Assembly (NCBI GenBank): GCA_965223845.1
Contig: CBDCXR010000004.1
Coordinates: 192,001 to 256,000 of the forward strand
DNA: 64,000 nucleotides
Direction of reading: 5' to 3'
Origin: Planctomycetota bacterium
Lineage (GTDB): Bacteria > Planctomycetota > UBA8108 > SXIK01
In this document: positions 38,012 through 46,677 of the stretch, piece after piece
Layout: the number at the start of each line of letters is the position of its first letter
Position numbering within the stretch: the first letter of the stretch is position 1
Notes under the pieces: model-generated
Databases searched by the model: none
What the model saw: only the letters and a program-made list of their open reading frames with translations
What the model was told of the DNA's origin: nothing
Program-made: the position numbers and the translations under genes

Positions 38012-38953
38012 ATGGATCGCTCCGTGCGCGCCTACGCTGCGCTGTTTCGCGTCTTCCTCGCGCCGACGGCGGTCGCCGACAGTCTCGCCGGCTTCGTGCT
38101 CGCTTGGGGAGTCGCGGCGGAGAGCGGCGGCGATGCCGGCGACGTGGCGACGATCGCGCGAGCGGTCGGAGTCGCGGTATGCAGCGTGCTCAGCTATTCG
38201 CTCGGAATGGCTCTCAACGATGTTTTCGACGTGCGAAAGGATCGCGAGCGGAACGTAGAGAAGCCGATCGTGAGCGGCGCACTTTCGCTCCGCGCGGCGA
38301 TCGCAGTCTCCGTCGCGCTCGCGGTCGTCGCCGGCGGAGTCGCCGCAGCTCTCGGCGTGTTGCCACTCTGGTTTGGCCTCGTCGCCGCCATCCTTGCGTA
38401 CAACGGGGGAGGGAAGCGCTTACCGCTGATCGGAAACGCGCTGATGGGCGGCTGCCGCGGCCTCAATTTTCTTCTCGGCGCGGCGACGTTCGCCGGAGTC
38501 GCTAGCGTCGTCGCGCCCAGCGCATTCCTCGGCGGTGCCGGAATCCTCGCCGCCTACGTCACGCTCGTCACGGCGGTGAGCTTGCTCGAGGATCGTCCGT
38601 ACCGACCGCGAGGCTTCGCCCTCACGGTGCTCCCGTTCGCGCTCGTTCCCGTTCTCCTCATCGTGCTGCAACCGGCGAGCGTCGCGAACGTCGCGAACGC
38701 CGCGATCCTCGGTTTCCTACTCTTCGAGGCGTTTGCGGGAGCGCGCCGGCGGGATCGCAGTCCCGTCCATCCGGCGGCGGTCTTCGTTCGAAAATCGCTC
38801 GCCGGCATTTTCTTCGTCGACGCCGGCGCATTGCTCGCGCTCTCTCCGCACCGTACGTCGAACCTAACGGGAGCGAGTTTGATCTACGTTCTCTTCGTGA
38901 TCCACTGGATCTGGAAGCGACGCTGGCTGCGAGCGGGACGCGAAGGGAGTTGA
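38012..38953 (+). CDS. UbiA family prenyltransferase (EboC-like)
   Basis: GMALNDVFDVRKDRERNVEKPIVSG Asp-rich motif, MGGCRGLNFLLG, multiple TM helices. Confidence 0.8.
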   Translation: MDRSVRAYAALFRVFLAPTAVADSLAGFVLAWGVAAESGGDAGDVATIARAVGVAVCSVLSYSLGMALNDVFDVRKDRERNVEKPIVSGALSLRAAIAVSVALAVVAGGVAAALGVLPLWFGLVAAILAYNGGGKRLPLIGNALMGGCRGLNFLLGAATFAGVASVVAPSAFLGGAGILAAYVTLVTAVSLLEDRPYRPRGFALTVLPFALVPVLLIVLQPASVANVANAAILGFLLFEAFAGARRRDRSPVHPAAVFVRKSLAGIFFVDAGALLALSPHRTSNLTGASLIYVLFVIHWIWKRRWLRAGREGS

Positions 38954-38973
38954 TCTCGCTCCGTGTCCCGTGC

Positions 38974-39333
38974 CTACTCCGGTGACGACGCTGCCGGCGG
39001 GCCGAGCAGCGCGAGCAGGTCGTCCCGTTTCACCGGTTTCGCAAGAAAGAGCCAGCGTTCGATCGCGCGTCGTTCGGCTTCGCTCGGAGCGACGGACGAC
39101 ATGATCACCGGACGGATCGTGGGGTAGTGAGTGGCGAGCTCGAGTGCGACTTCGGGTCCCGCGAGTCGCGGCATGTTCCAATCGACGAGCGCGACCTGGA
39201 ACTCGATCGACGCGAGGTACTCTGTCGCGGCGGAGTAGTCGGGGACGTAGAGAGCGCGGTGGCCGAGGACCTCGACCATCTCGGCGAGGCTTTCGCCGTA
39301 GCTCGGATAGTCGTCGATGATGAGGACGTGCAT
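38974..39333 (-). CDS. Single-domain response regulator (receiver)
   Basis: VLIIDD, ALVDWNMP (phospho-Asp), VIMSS, FLAKPV. Confidence 0.88.
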   Translation of the reverse strand: MHVLIIDDYPSYGESLAEMVEVLGHRALYVPDYSAATEYLASIEFQVALVDWNMPRLAGPEVALELATHYPTIRPVIMSSVAPSEAERRAIERWLFLAKPVKRDDLLALLGPPAASSPE

Positions 39334-39901
39334 CGGGAAACGGGGGGTGGGGGCGAAGCGGGGGGCGGGAGCGAGGCTCGCTCGACTCATCGGCCTCGGT
39401 GGAGGCCGGAGGTGAATGGCGAACTCACGGCGGGTGCCTCGGTGATATACTGTCGGCTCACCCGCCGGACTTGTTCTCTGCTTCCCGCTTCGTATGCACG
39501 GTGTGCCGCGTGCGCGGTTTTGCCGCTCGCGGATTGTCGCCCTCGTCGAGGATTCGCTGAGCGATGGGTCCACCGGGTTACCGGAACGGAGGCAGGGGCC
39601 GTCGTCGCTCGCTGATCCCCCGGGCCGTGCGGTCCGCGGGAACGATTCGCGCGGCCGAGCGCCGGGGCGTGAAGCCCGGCCGACGCAAAAGGTTCCGCCG
39701 CTCGGAATCCGATAAGAGTCTGTCGAGTCGTGGCGTGCCTCCGGCGCGCCTGGCGCGACGTAAGCCCGGCCGAGCGTGATCTCGGTCTCGTCCGCAGGAG
39801 CGATCTCCGCTTCCTTCTCGGGCGAAGAGACCTACTGAACAGCCCATTCTCGCCGCGCCCAGCGCCGCTCGGAATTCGACGAGCAGGGAGCAACCGAAAA
39901 C

Positions 39902-42511
39902 GTGATCCACAAGTACACCGTCGTCCCCAAGGTCCCGGAGCGCCTGAAGCCGCTTCTCGCCATCGCGCGCAATCTCTGGTGGGTTTGGCACCGAAACGCC
40001 GTCGCGCTCTTCCGCCGCGTCGATCTCGATCTGTGGGAAGAATCGCACCACAATCCGATCGCGCTCCTCGGCTCGCTCCGGCGCGATCGACTCGCCGCGC
40101 TGAGCGAGGAAGAGGCATTCCTCGCGCACATGGATGCGGTGTACGCCGACCTCCAGCGACATCTCGACGCGCCGACGTGGTTCCAAAAAACCTACGGCGG
40201 TGGGGGCGGTAGCGAGACTCGGATCGCGTACTTCTCCGCGGAGTTCGGGCTTCACGAGAGCCTTCCGCTCTATTCGGGCGGGCTCGGCATCCTCGCGGGC
40301 GACCACATCAAGAGCTGCGAGGAGCTCGGCCTACCTCTGGTCGGTGTGGGGCTGTGCTACAACGAAGGCTACAACCACCAGCATTTGAATTCCGACGGTT
40401 GGCAGCTCGAGCACTATCCGGACAACGATTTCTACAACATGCCGATGACGCTCGTGCGCGACGCGTCGGGAGGCGAGCTCCGGATCGAGGTGAGCATCCA
40501 CGGCCGCCCGGTCGCCGCGCGCGCGTGGAAAGTGCAGGTCGGGCGTGTGCCCGTGTACCTCCTCGACTCCAACCTGAACGTCAACGCGCCGGAAGATCGA
40601 GAGATCACGCGCCGGCTCTACGGCGGTGACCTCGACATGCGCGTTCGCCAGGAAATGCTCCTTGGCATCGGCGGCGTCCGCTTCCTCCGGGCGATCGACT
40701 CGGAGCCGACCGTGTGTCACATGAACGAAGGGCACTCGGCATTCCTCGGGCTCGAGCGCATTCGGCTCCTCATGCTCGAAGCGGGCCTCGGCTTCAACGA
40801 GGCCCGCGAAGCGATGGCGGCGGGAACCGTGTTCACCACGCATACGCCCGTGTCGGCCGGCAACGATCGCTTCCCGCCCGAGCTCGTCTGGACGTACTTC
40901 CGCGATTACGCGCCTCAGCTCGGCTTGTCCCAGGATGAATTCATCGCGCTCGGACGCGAAAACCCGAGCGACATGAGCGAGCACTTCTGCATGACCGTCC
41001 TCGCCCTCCGGCTCGCGTCGAGCGCGAACGGAGTGAGCCGCCTTCACGGGAACGTCTCGCGCCGAATGTGGAAGCGGATGTGGCCCGGGGTCCCGTTCGA
41101 CGAGATTCCGATCGCGCACGTGACGAACGGCGTGCACACGCACTCGTGGCTGTCCGACGAATTCGCTCGGCTCTTCGAGCGTTACTTGGGGCCCCGGTGG
41201 CTCGACGACCCGCTCAATCGACGCGTGTGGCTCCGAGTGACGGACGTTCCGGACAACGAGCTCTGGCGCGCGAAGGAACGACTGCGCGATCGACTCGTGA
41301 GCTTCGTCCGGCAGCGCGCGATCCGTCAACTCAAGCGTCAAGGGGCCGCGCACGCGAAGCTGGCGGCCGCCGAGGAGATCTTCGATCCCGATGCACTGAC
41401 CATCGGCTTTGCACGGCGGTTCGCGACCTACAAGCGCGCGAATCTCATCTTCCGCGATCCCGATCGGCTGAAGTCCGTCCTCCTCGATCGCGAGCGTCCG
41501 GTCCAGATCGTGTTCGCCGGAAAGGCGCACCCTCAGGATCAACCCGGAAAGGAGCTGATCCGGCACATCGTTCAGCTCGCGAAATCGGAGGAGCTCCTCC
41601 ATCGCATCGTTTTCGTCGAGGACTACGACATCGAAGTCGCGCGCTACCTCGTCCAGGGTGTCGACGTGTGGCTGAACACTCCGCGCCGACCGCTCGAAGC
41701 GAGTGGGACGAGCGGAATGAAGGCTGCGATGAACGGCAGTCTCAATCTGAGTATCCTCGACGGTTGGTGGGATGAGGGCTATTCGGGCGACAACGGCTGG
41801 GCGATCGGATCGGGCGAGGTGCTCGCGGATCGCGACTATCAGGACTGGATGGAGTCCGAGATGCTGTACGACATCCTCGAGAAGGAAGTCGTCCCTACGT
41901 TCTACGATCGCGGTCCCGACGACGTCCCTCGCGAGTGGGTCGGTCGCATGAAGGCGTGCATAGAAACCTGTGGCCCCGAGTTCAACACGAATCGGATGGT
42001 CCAGGACTACACCGAGAAGATGTACCTCCCCGCGGCGATCCAGGCTGGCACTCTCGCGCAGGACGAGTACGCGGTGGCCCGGGATATCGCCGCGTGGAAG
42101 AAGCGAGTCGAAAACGCTTGGTCCGAGGTCGCCATCGTCTCGGTGGCCGCCGACACGTCGCGAGAGCTCGAAGTGGGAACTCAGCTCGATCTCCAGGTGC
42201 GCGTGAAGCTGGGCGCGCTCGGCGCCGATGACGTCGTCGTCGAGGCTGTGCACGGGCAGCTCGATTCGCACGAGGAGTTCACGGATCCCGTGGCGATCGC
42301 GCTCACCAGTCAAGAATCCCGCGACGGTGTCACCACGTTCGGGGGACAGCTTCCCTGCGAGCAGGCAGGCCAGCACGGCTTCCGCATCCGCGTCGTCCCG
42401 CACCGTCGCGAGCTCTCGAGCAAGTTCGAGACGGGTCGCATCCTCTGGTGGGACGGTGAGACGGGCGAAATGGTCGTGCCCGCCGAGCCGGAGAACGCCA
42501 CGGCGGGGTAG
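39902..42511 (+). CDS. glgP: Alpha-glucan (glycogen) phosphorylase
   Basis: YFSAEFG..YSGGLGILAGD, HMNEGH, FTTHTPV, GFARRFATYKR, EASGTSGMK (PLP lysine). Confidence 0.97.
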   Translation: MIHKYTVVPKVPERLKPLLAIARNLWWVWHRNAVALFRRVDLDLWEESHHNPIALLGSLRRDRLAALSEEEAFLAHMDAVYADLQRHLDAPTWFQKTYGGGGGSETRIAYFSAEFGLHESLPLYSGGLGILAGDHIKSCEELGLPLVGVGLCYNEGYNHQHLNSDGWQLEHYPDNDFYNMPMTLVRDASGGELRIEVSIHGRPVAARAWKVQVGRVPVYLLDSNLNVNAPEDREITRRLYGGDLDMRVRQEMLLGIGGVRFLRAIDSEPTVCHMNEGHSAFLGLERIRLLMLEAGLGFNEAREAMAAGTVFTTHTPVSAGNDRFPPELVWTYFRDYAPQLGLSQDEFIALGRENPSDMSEHFCMTVLALRLASSANGVSRLHGNVSRRMWKRMWPGVPFDEIPIAHVTNGVHTHSWLSDEFARLFERYLGPRWLDDPLNRRVWLRVTDVPDNELWRAKERLRDRLVSFVRQRAIRQLKRQGAAHAKLAAAEEIFDPDALTIGFARRFATYKRANLIFRDPDRLKSVLLDRERPVQIVFAGKAHPQDQPGKELIRHIVQLAKSEELLHRIVFVEDYDIEVARYLVQGVDVWLNTPRRPLEASGTSGMKAAMNGSLNLSILDGWWDEGYSGDNGWAIGSGEVLADRDYQDWMESEMLYDILEKEVVPTFYDRGPDDVPREWVGRMKACIETCGPEFNTNRMVQDYTEKMYLPAAIQAGTLAQDEYAVARDIAAWKKRVENAWSEVAIVSVAADTSRELEVGTQLDLQVRVKLGALGADDVVVEAVHGQLDSHEEFTDPVAIALTSQESRDGVTTFGGQLPCEQAGQHGFRIRVVPHRRELSSKFETGRILWWDGETGEMVVPAEPENATAG

Positions 42512-42615
42512 GAGAGCGCGCTCGCCCGTCGCGACCCGACAGCCGACTCGTTCGAGCTCATCGCGATCGGAGGACGGCTCCGCGACGATCGCGCGAGGGC
42601 CTTCCGTCGCACGAG

Positions 42616-44118
42616 CTAGCGTTCGATCGCCGGCAGCTCCAGGAACCGCGCGTAGGCCTCGTCGCGCGCACGCGTGTCCCCGCGTGGAGTCAAGGTTCGC
42701 ACGGGGAACGAATCGCGAACGATGCGACGGAGCTCGGCGAGCGATGGCACGGCGTCCGTCGCCATCGCTTGAACGAGGACGTTTCCCGCCGCGGTCGCCT
42801 CGACCGGACCCGCGACGACGGGTCGACCGATCGCGTCGGCGGTGAGCTCGGAGAGAAGTGCGTTCCGGCTGCCGCCGCCGACCACGTGGAGAACATCGAC
42901 GCTCTGGCCGGTGAGCGATTCGATCTCGTCTAGCGCTCGTCGATAGCTGAGTGCCAGCGATTCGAGGATCGAACGCGCCGCTGCGCCGCGGTCGCCGGGG
43001 GGACGTTGGCCCGTACGCCGGCAATATTCGGCGATCGCTTCCGGCATATTGGGCGGAGCAAAAAATTCGGGCGAGAGCGGATCGACGAGTGTTTCCCACG
43101 CGGGCGCCCCGCGAGCCTCTTCTTCGAGCGCTGCGTACGACAGCTCGGTATCGGCTTCCGCTTGCCAGCGACGCCGGCACTCCTGAAGAAGCCAGAGGCC
43201 GGTGAGGTTCTTCAGGAACCGAACCTTTCCTTCAGCGCCGATTTCGTTCGTGAAATTCGCGGCGAGAACGGCATCGGAAACGAGCGGCGCGTCGAGCTCG
43301 ACGCCGAGAAGCGACCACGTTCCGCTCGAGAGAAACGCCCACGACGTCTGCGCGTCCGCCGGCACGGCGGCGACGGCCGACGCGGTGTCGTGCGCGGCGA
43401 CCGCGATCACGGGCGGAGAGCGAGAGAGACCGACGCGCTCGGCGACGCTCTCGGTGAGCGGCGCCAGCACGGTTCCCGGTCGAACGACATCGGGGAGGAG
43501 ATCCGCGGGAAGATCCAGGCGCTGGAGAAGGTCGCCGTCCCAGCGCTGTTCGCGCGGATTCCACAGCTGCGTCGTCGACGCGAGCGAGTCCTCGGCCGCG
43601 ACGCGCCCGGAGAGGTAGTAGCTCACGAGGTGGGCGATGAGGAGGAGTCGCCCGCCGGGGGGAAAGCCGTGGGGTTGTTCCTTCGCTTGCGCGAAGAGCT
43701 GGACGAGCGTGTTGAGATCGAGGAACTGAATGCCCGTTCGCGCGAAGATCTCCTCGCGCGGGACCCGCGCCTCGATTTCGGCGAGAACGCCTCGGGTTCG
43801 CGGGTCGCGGTAGTGAACGGGGAGGCCGGCGAGCTCACCGCTCGCGTCGAGGATGCCGTAATCCACTCCCCAACTGTCGACGCCGATGCCGTCGACCGCT
43901 CCGCCCGCGCGCTCGACCCCTCGCGCGACGCCGCGCTCGATCTCGACGAGGAGGCGCGGCAAATCCCAAACGAGCTTGGCGCCGAGATGAGCCGGCTCGT
44001 TCGGAAAACGATGCACCTCGTCGAGTTCGACGCGTCCCTCCGAAAGCGTGCCGAGCATCACTCGGCCGCTCTCAGCGCCGAGGTCGATCGCGATGTAGCG
44101 GTGCGTTTCCTTGCTCAT
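42616..44118 (-). CDS. rhaB: Rhamnulokinase/fuculokinase-like FGGY sugar kinase
   Basis: IAIDLGAESGR, GVDSWGVDY, HYRDPRT, HDTASAV, SSGTWSL, FTNEIG, KNLTGLWLLQECRR. Confidence 0.88.
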   Translation of the reverse strand: MSKETHRYIAIDLGAESGRVMLGTLSEGRVELDEVHRFPNEPAHLGAKLVWDLPRLLVEIERGVARGVERAGGAVDGIGVDSWGVDYGILDASGELAGLPVHYRDPRTRGVLAEIEARVPREEIFARTGIQFLDLNTLVQLFAQAKEQPHGFPPGGRLLLIAHLVSYYLSGRVAAEDSLASTTQLWNPREQRWDGDLLQRLDLPADLLPDVVRPGTVLAPLTESVAERVGLSRSPPVIAVAAHDTASAVAAVPADAQTSWAFLSSGTWSLLGVELDAPLVSDAVLAANFTNEIGAEGKVRFLKNLTGLWLLQECRRRWQAEADTELSYAALEEEARGAPAWETLVDPLSPEFFAPPNMPEAIAEYCRRTGQRPPGDRGAAARSILESLALSYRRALDEIESLTGQSVDVLHVVGGGSRNALLSELTADAIGRPVVAGPVEATAAGNVLVQAMATDAVPSLAELRRIVRDSFPVRTLTPRGDTRARDEAYARFLELPAIER

Positions 44119-44310
44119 AGGGTCGCAGGCGAGAATACGAGATCACTCGACTCGTCTCAATCGCGTGCTGTGGGGTCGGCGGATTGCTTCTTCGATTCCG
44201 ATCCGGTATCACGAGCGGGAGGTGGAGTGCGTCGACACCCCGCGAGTGAGTGCACTCGAGGCGAGACGCGGCGATCGCCGGGGCGGAAACGCTAGAGGAG
44301 GACCGAGTCC

Positions 44311-45828
44311 GTGGCGAACGACGTCGTCATTTTCCTTCCGGGCGACTACCGTCCGATGCCGAATCGATGGGCGGTCGAGCAAGTCGATGAGACCGTGCGC
44401 AATCTCACACGTGCGCTCAAAAGGATCGGACGTCGGCCGCGACTCATCAAAGGGTTCATCACGAAGCCCGATCAGGCGATCACGAAGCTCGGACCGATCG
44501 ACGATCCGATGATCGGGGTATTCGTTCATTGGACGTACGGACCGCACACGACTGACGGTGTCGTCGGGAAGGACCATCCACTTCTACTTGCGAGCAATTT
44601 TTCTGGGACTTGGCCCGGCCTCGTCGCTCTGCTCAACACCGGGGCGTGTCTCGCGAGCGTCGGTCGCGACTTTTCGCGCGTGTGGTCGTCGGCGCGCGAC
44701 TGGACGAAGGACAAGAAACTCCTCGGGCGGCTCGAGGAGTGGTGCTCGAGTGGGCGGATCGCCTATCGGGACGACGAGCTGAGCGCGGCCCCGACGATCG
44801 GTGCGCGCGCGAAGCGACTCGCCGAAGAGGTCGCGAGCGACATCCGAAAGCGCCGCGTCCTCGCGTTGATGCTCGGCGATACTTCGATGGGGATGATCAA
44901 CGGTTACTTCGGAGCGCGAACGCTGCCGCGCGTCGGGTTCACCGAACACAAGGTCGATCAGGCGTGGATCATCGACCGGATGAAGCGTGTGAAGGACTCC
45001 CGAGTCGACGATGCGTTTCGCTTCGTCGTCGACCGCGGAGTCCGCTTCCACTGGCGGGCAAAGGGCGCCGAGGATTTCACCGAGGAAGCGACCCGCGAGC
45101 AGCTCCGGATGTACTGCGCAGTCGAGGACATCCGTCGCGAGTTCAAGGCCGATTGCATCGGCTGGCAGTACCAGCTCGGCCTCATCCCCCTTCTCCCGCC
45201 GAGCGATTTCTGCGAAGGCCTCTTCAACTCGGCCTGTCGGCCCGAGTCGACCGGGGAGCCCATCCAGTGCGCGACGGAAGCCGACCAGGGGAACCTCGTT
45301 CCGATGGAGCTCATGAAGCGCATACTCAAGAAGCGGCGTCTTCATCCCGCGGTGATGTTCCACGATGTCCGCTGGGGCGGTCGACACGACGGACGCTTCC
45401 TCTGGGTGCTCCTCAATTCCGGATCCTGCGGCGCGTACGCGTTCGCGCACGATCCGAAATCGCTTCGCGGCGTTCATTCTTACCGGCAACCCGCCGGATA
45501 CTTTCCCATCCCCGGCGGTACCTTCGCCGGCGAGAGTCGACCGGGGAAGATCACTTGGGCCCGGGCGTATCTCCGCGGGGAGGAGCTTTGGATGGACCTC
45601 GGCCGCGGCGAGGCCGTCAAGCTTCCCCCGTCGAAGCGCGATCGGTGGTGGAAGGGCACGACGCGCGAGTGGCCTTTCATGGCGGCGGATCTCGGCTGCT
45701 CGCAGGAAACGGTGATGGCACACTATATGTCGAATCACATCGCGGTGGCGTACGGCGACATCTTCGAGGAGATGGCAGCGCTGAGCCTCGCGTTGGGATT
45801 CAAAATCCGCGTGATGGCGGCGCGGTGA
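44311..45828 (+). CDS. L-fucose/D-arabinose isomerase-like protein
   Basis: FucI-type metal ligands retained in CATEADQG (Glu), FHDVRW (Asp), MSNHI (His); NSGS motif. Confidence 0.75.
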   Translation: MANDVVIFLPGDYRPMPNRWAVEQVDETVRNLTRALKRIGRRPRLIKGFITKPDQAITKLGPIDDPMIGVFVHWTYGPHTTDGVVGKDHPLLLASNFSGTWPGLVALLNTGACLASVGRDFSRVWSSARDWTKDKKLLGRLEEWCSSGRIAYRDDELSAAPTIGARAKRLAEEVASDIRKRRVLALMLGDTSMGMINGYFGARTLPRVGFTEHKVDQAWIIDRMKRVKDSRVDDAFRFVVDRGVRFHWRAKGAEDFTEEATREQLRMYCAVEDIRREFKADCIGWQYQLGLIPLLPPSDFCEGLFNSACRPESTGEPIQCATEADQGNLVPMELMKRILKKRRLHPAVMFHDVRWGGRHDGRFLWVLLNSGSCGAYAFAHDPKSLRGVHSYRQPAGYFPIPGGTFAGESRPGKITWARAYLRGEELWMDLGRGEAVKLPPSKRDRWWKGTTREWPFMAADLGCSQETVMAHYMSNHIAVAYGDIFEEMAALSLALGFKIRVMAAR

Positions 45829-45832
45829 AGTC

Positions 45833-46597
45833 GTGAATCTCTCCGACGCGACGTGGGAGGAGATCGACGCGCTCGATCGCGCGACCGCGGTCGTGATCCC
45901 GTTCGCCGCGATCGAGCAGCACGGACCGCACCTTCCGATCGGAACCGACTCGCTCATCACCGAGGGCATCGTGCGCCGGGCCGAGGAGCTCGCGACCTCT
46001 CCGTTTCTTTGGCTTCCGGTCCAGCGCTTCGGGTCGTCGCCGCACCACCTCCCGTTCGCGGGCTCGGTGAGCCTCTCGTCGCGAACCTTTCTCGACGCTG
46101 CGGGGGAGCTCGCCGATAGCTTCATCGGCCATGGATTCGAGCGGATCGTGCTCTTCAATGGTCACGGCGGCAACCAGGCTCTCCTCGACGTGGCTGTGCA
46201 GGAGACCCGCCTTCGCCATCCGTCGACGCGGATCGTCCACGCGACCTACTGGAAGGTCGCCCATGACGAGTTTGCGCGCATCCGCGAGACGGCGCTCGGG
46301 GGAATGGGGCACGCGGGCGAGATGGAGACGAGCGTGATGCTCGCCCTTCACCCCGATCTCGTGCGGACGGAGAAGCGCGCCCCCGACGGAACGTGGGGGA
46401 GGAGCCGCTGCGACTCGCGCGACATGCTCGATGGCGGGCACGTCGGACAATTTCGCTTCTGGCCGGAGATGTCGGCGAAGGGTGTCCTCGGAGACCCGAC
46501 CAGCGCGAGCGCGGAAAAGGGGTGGCGGTTTCTCGACGCCGCCGCGAAGGGACTCGTCGAGGTGCTCGACGCGCTCGCGGCCGATCAACTCGGGTAG
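45833..46597 (+). CDS. Creatininase-family amidohydrolase
   Basis: EQHGPHLPIGTD, NGHGGN, HAGEMETS, GVLGDP..ASAEKG. Confidence 0.92.
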   Translation: MNLSDATWEEIDALDRATAVVIPFAAIEQHGPHLPIGTDSLITEGIVRRAEELATSPFLWLPVQRFGSSPHHLPFAGSVSLSSRTFLDAAGELADSFIGHGFERIVLFNGHGGNQALLDVAVQETRLRHPSTRIVHATYWKVAHDEFARIRETALGGMGHAGEMETSVMLALHPDLVRTEKRAPDGTWGRSRCDSRDMLDGGHVGQFRFWPEMSAKGVLGDPTSASAEKGWRFLDAAAKGLVEVLDALAADQLG

Positions 46598-46677
46598 CGT
46601 TCGCTCAGAACGATGACGCTACGTCCCAGCGCAGTCCGCGGCGCTGGGACGTGGCGTTCACGACGGGATGACGCTGA

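Noticed and set aside
39661-39710. c-di-GMP-I riboswitch-like hairpin followed by GACGCAAAA
   Set aside because: It lacks the upstream GCAAA, a proper GNRA loop and the tetraloop receptor.
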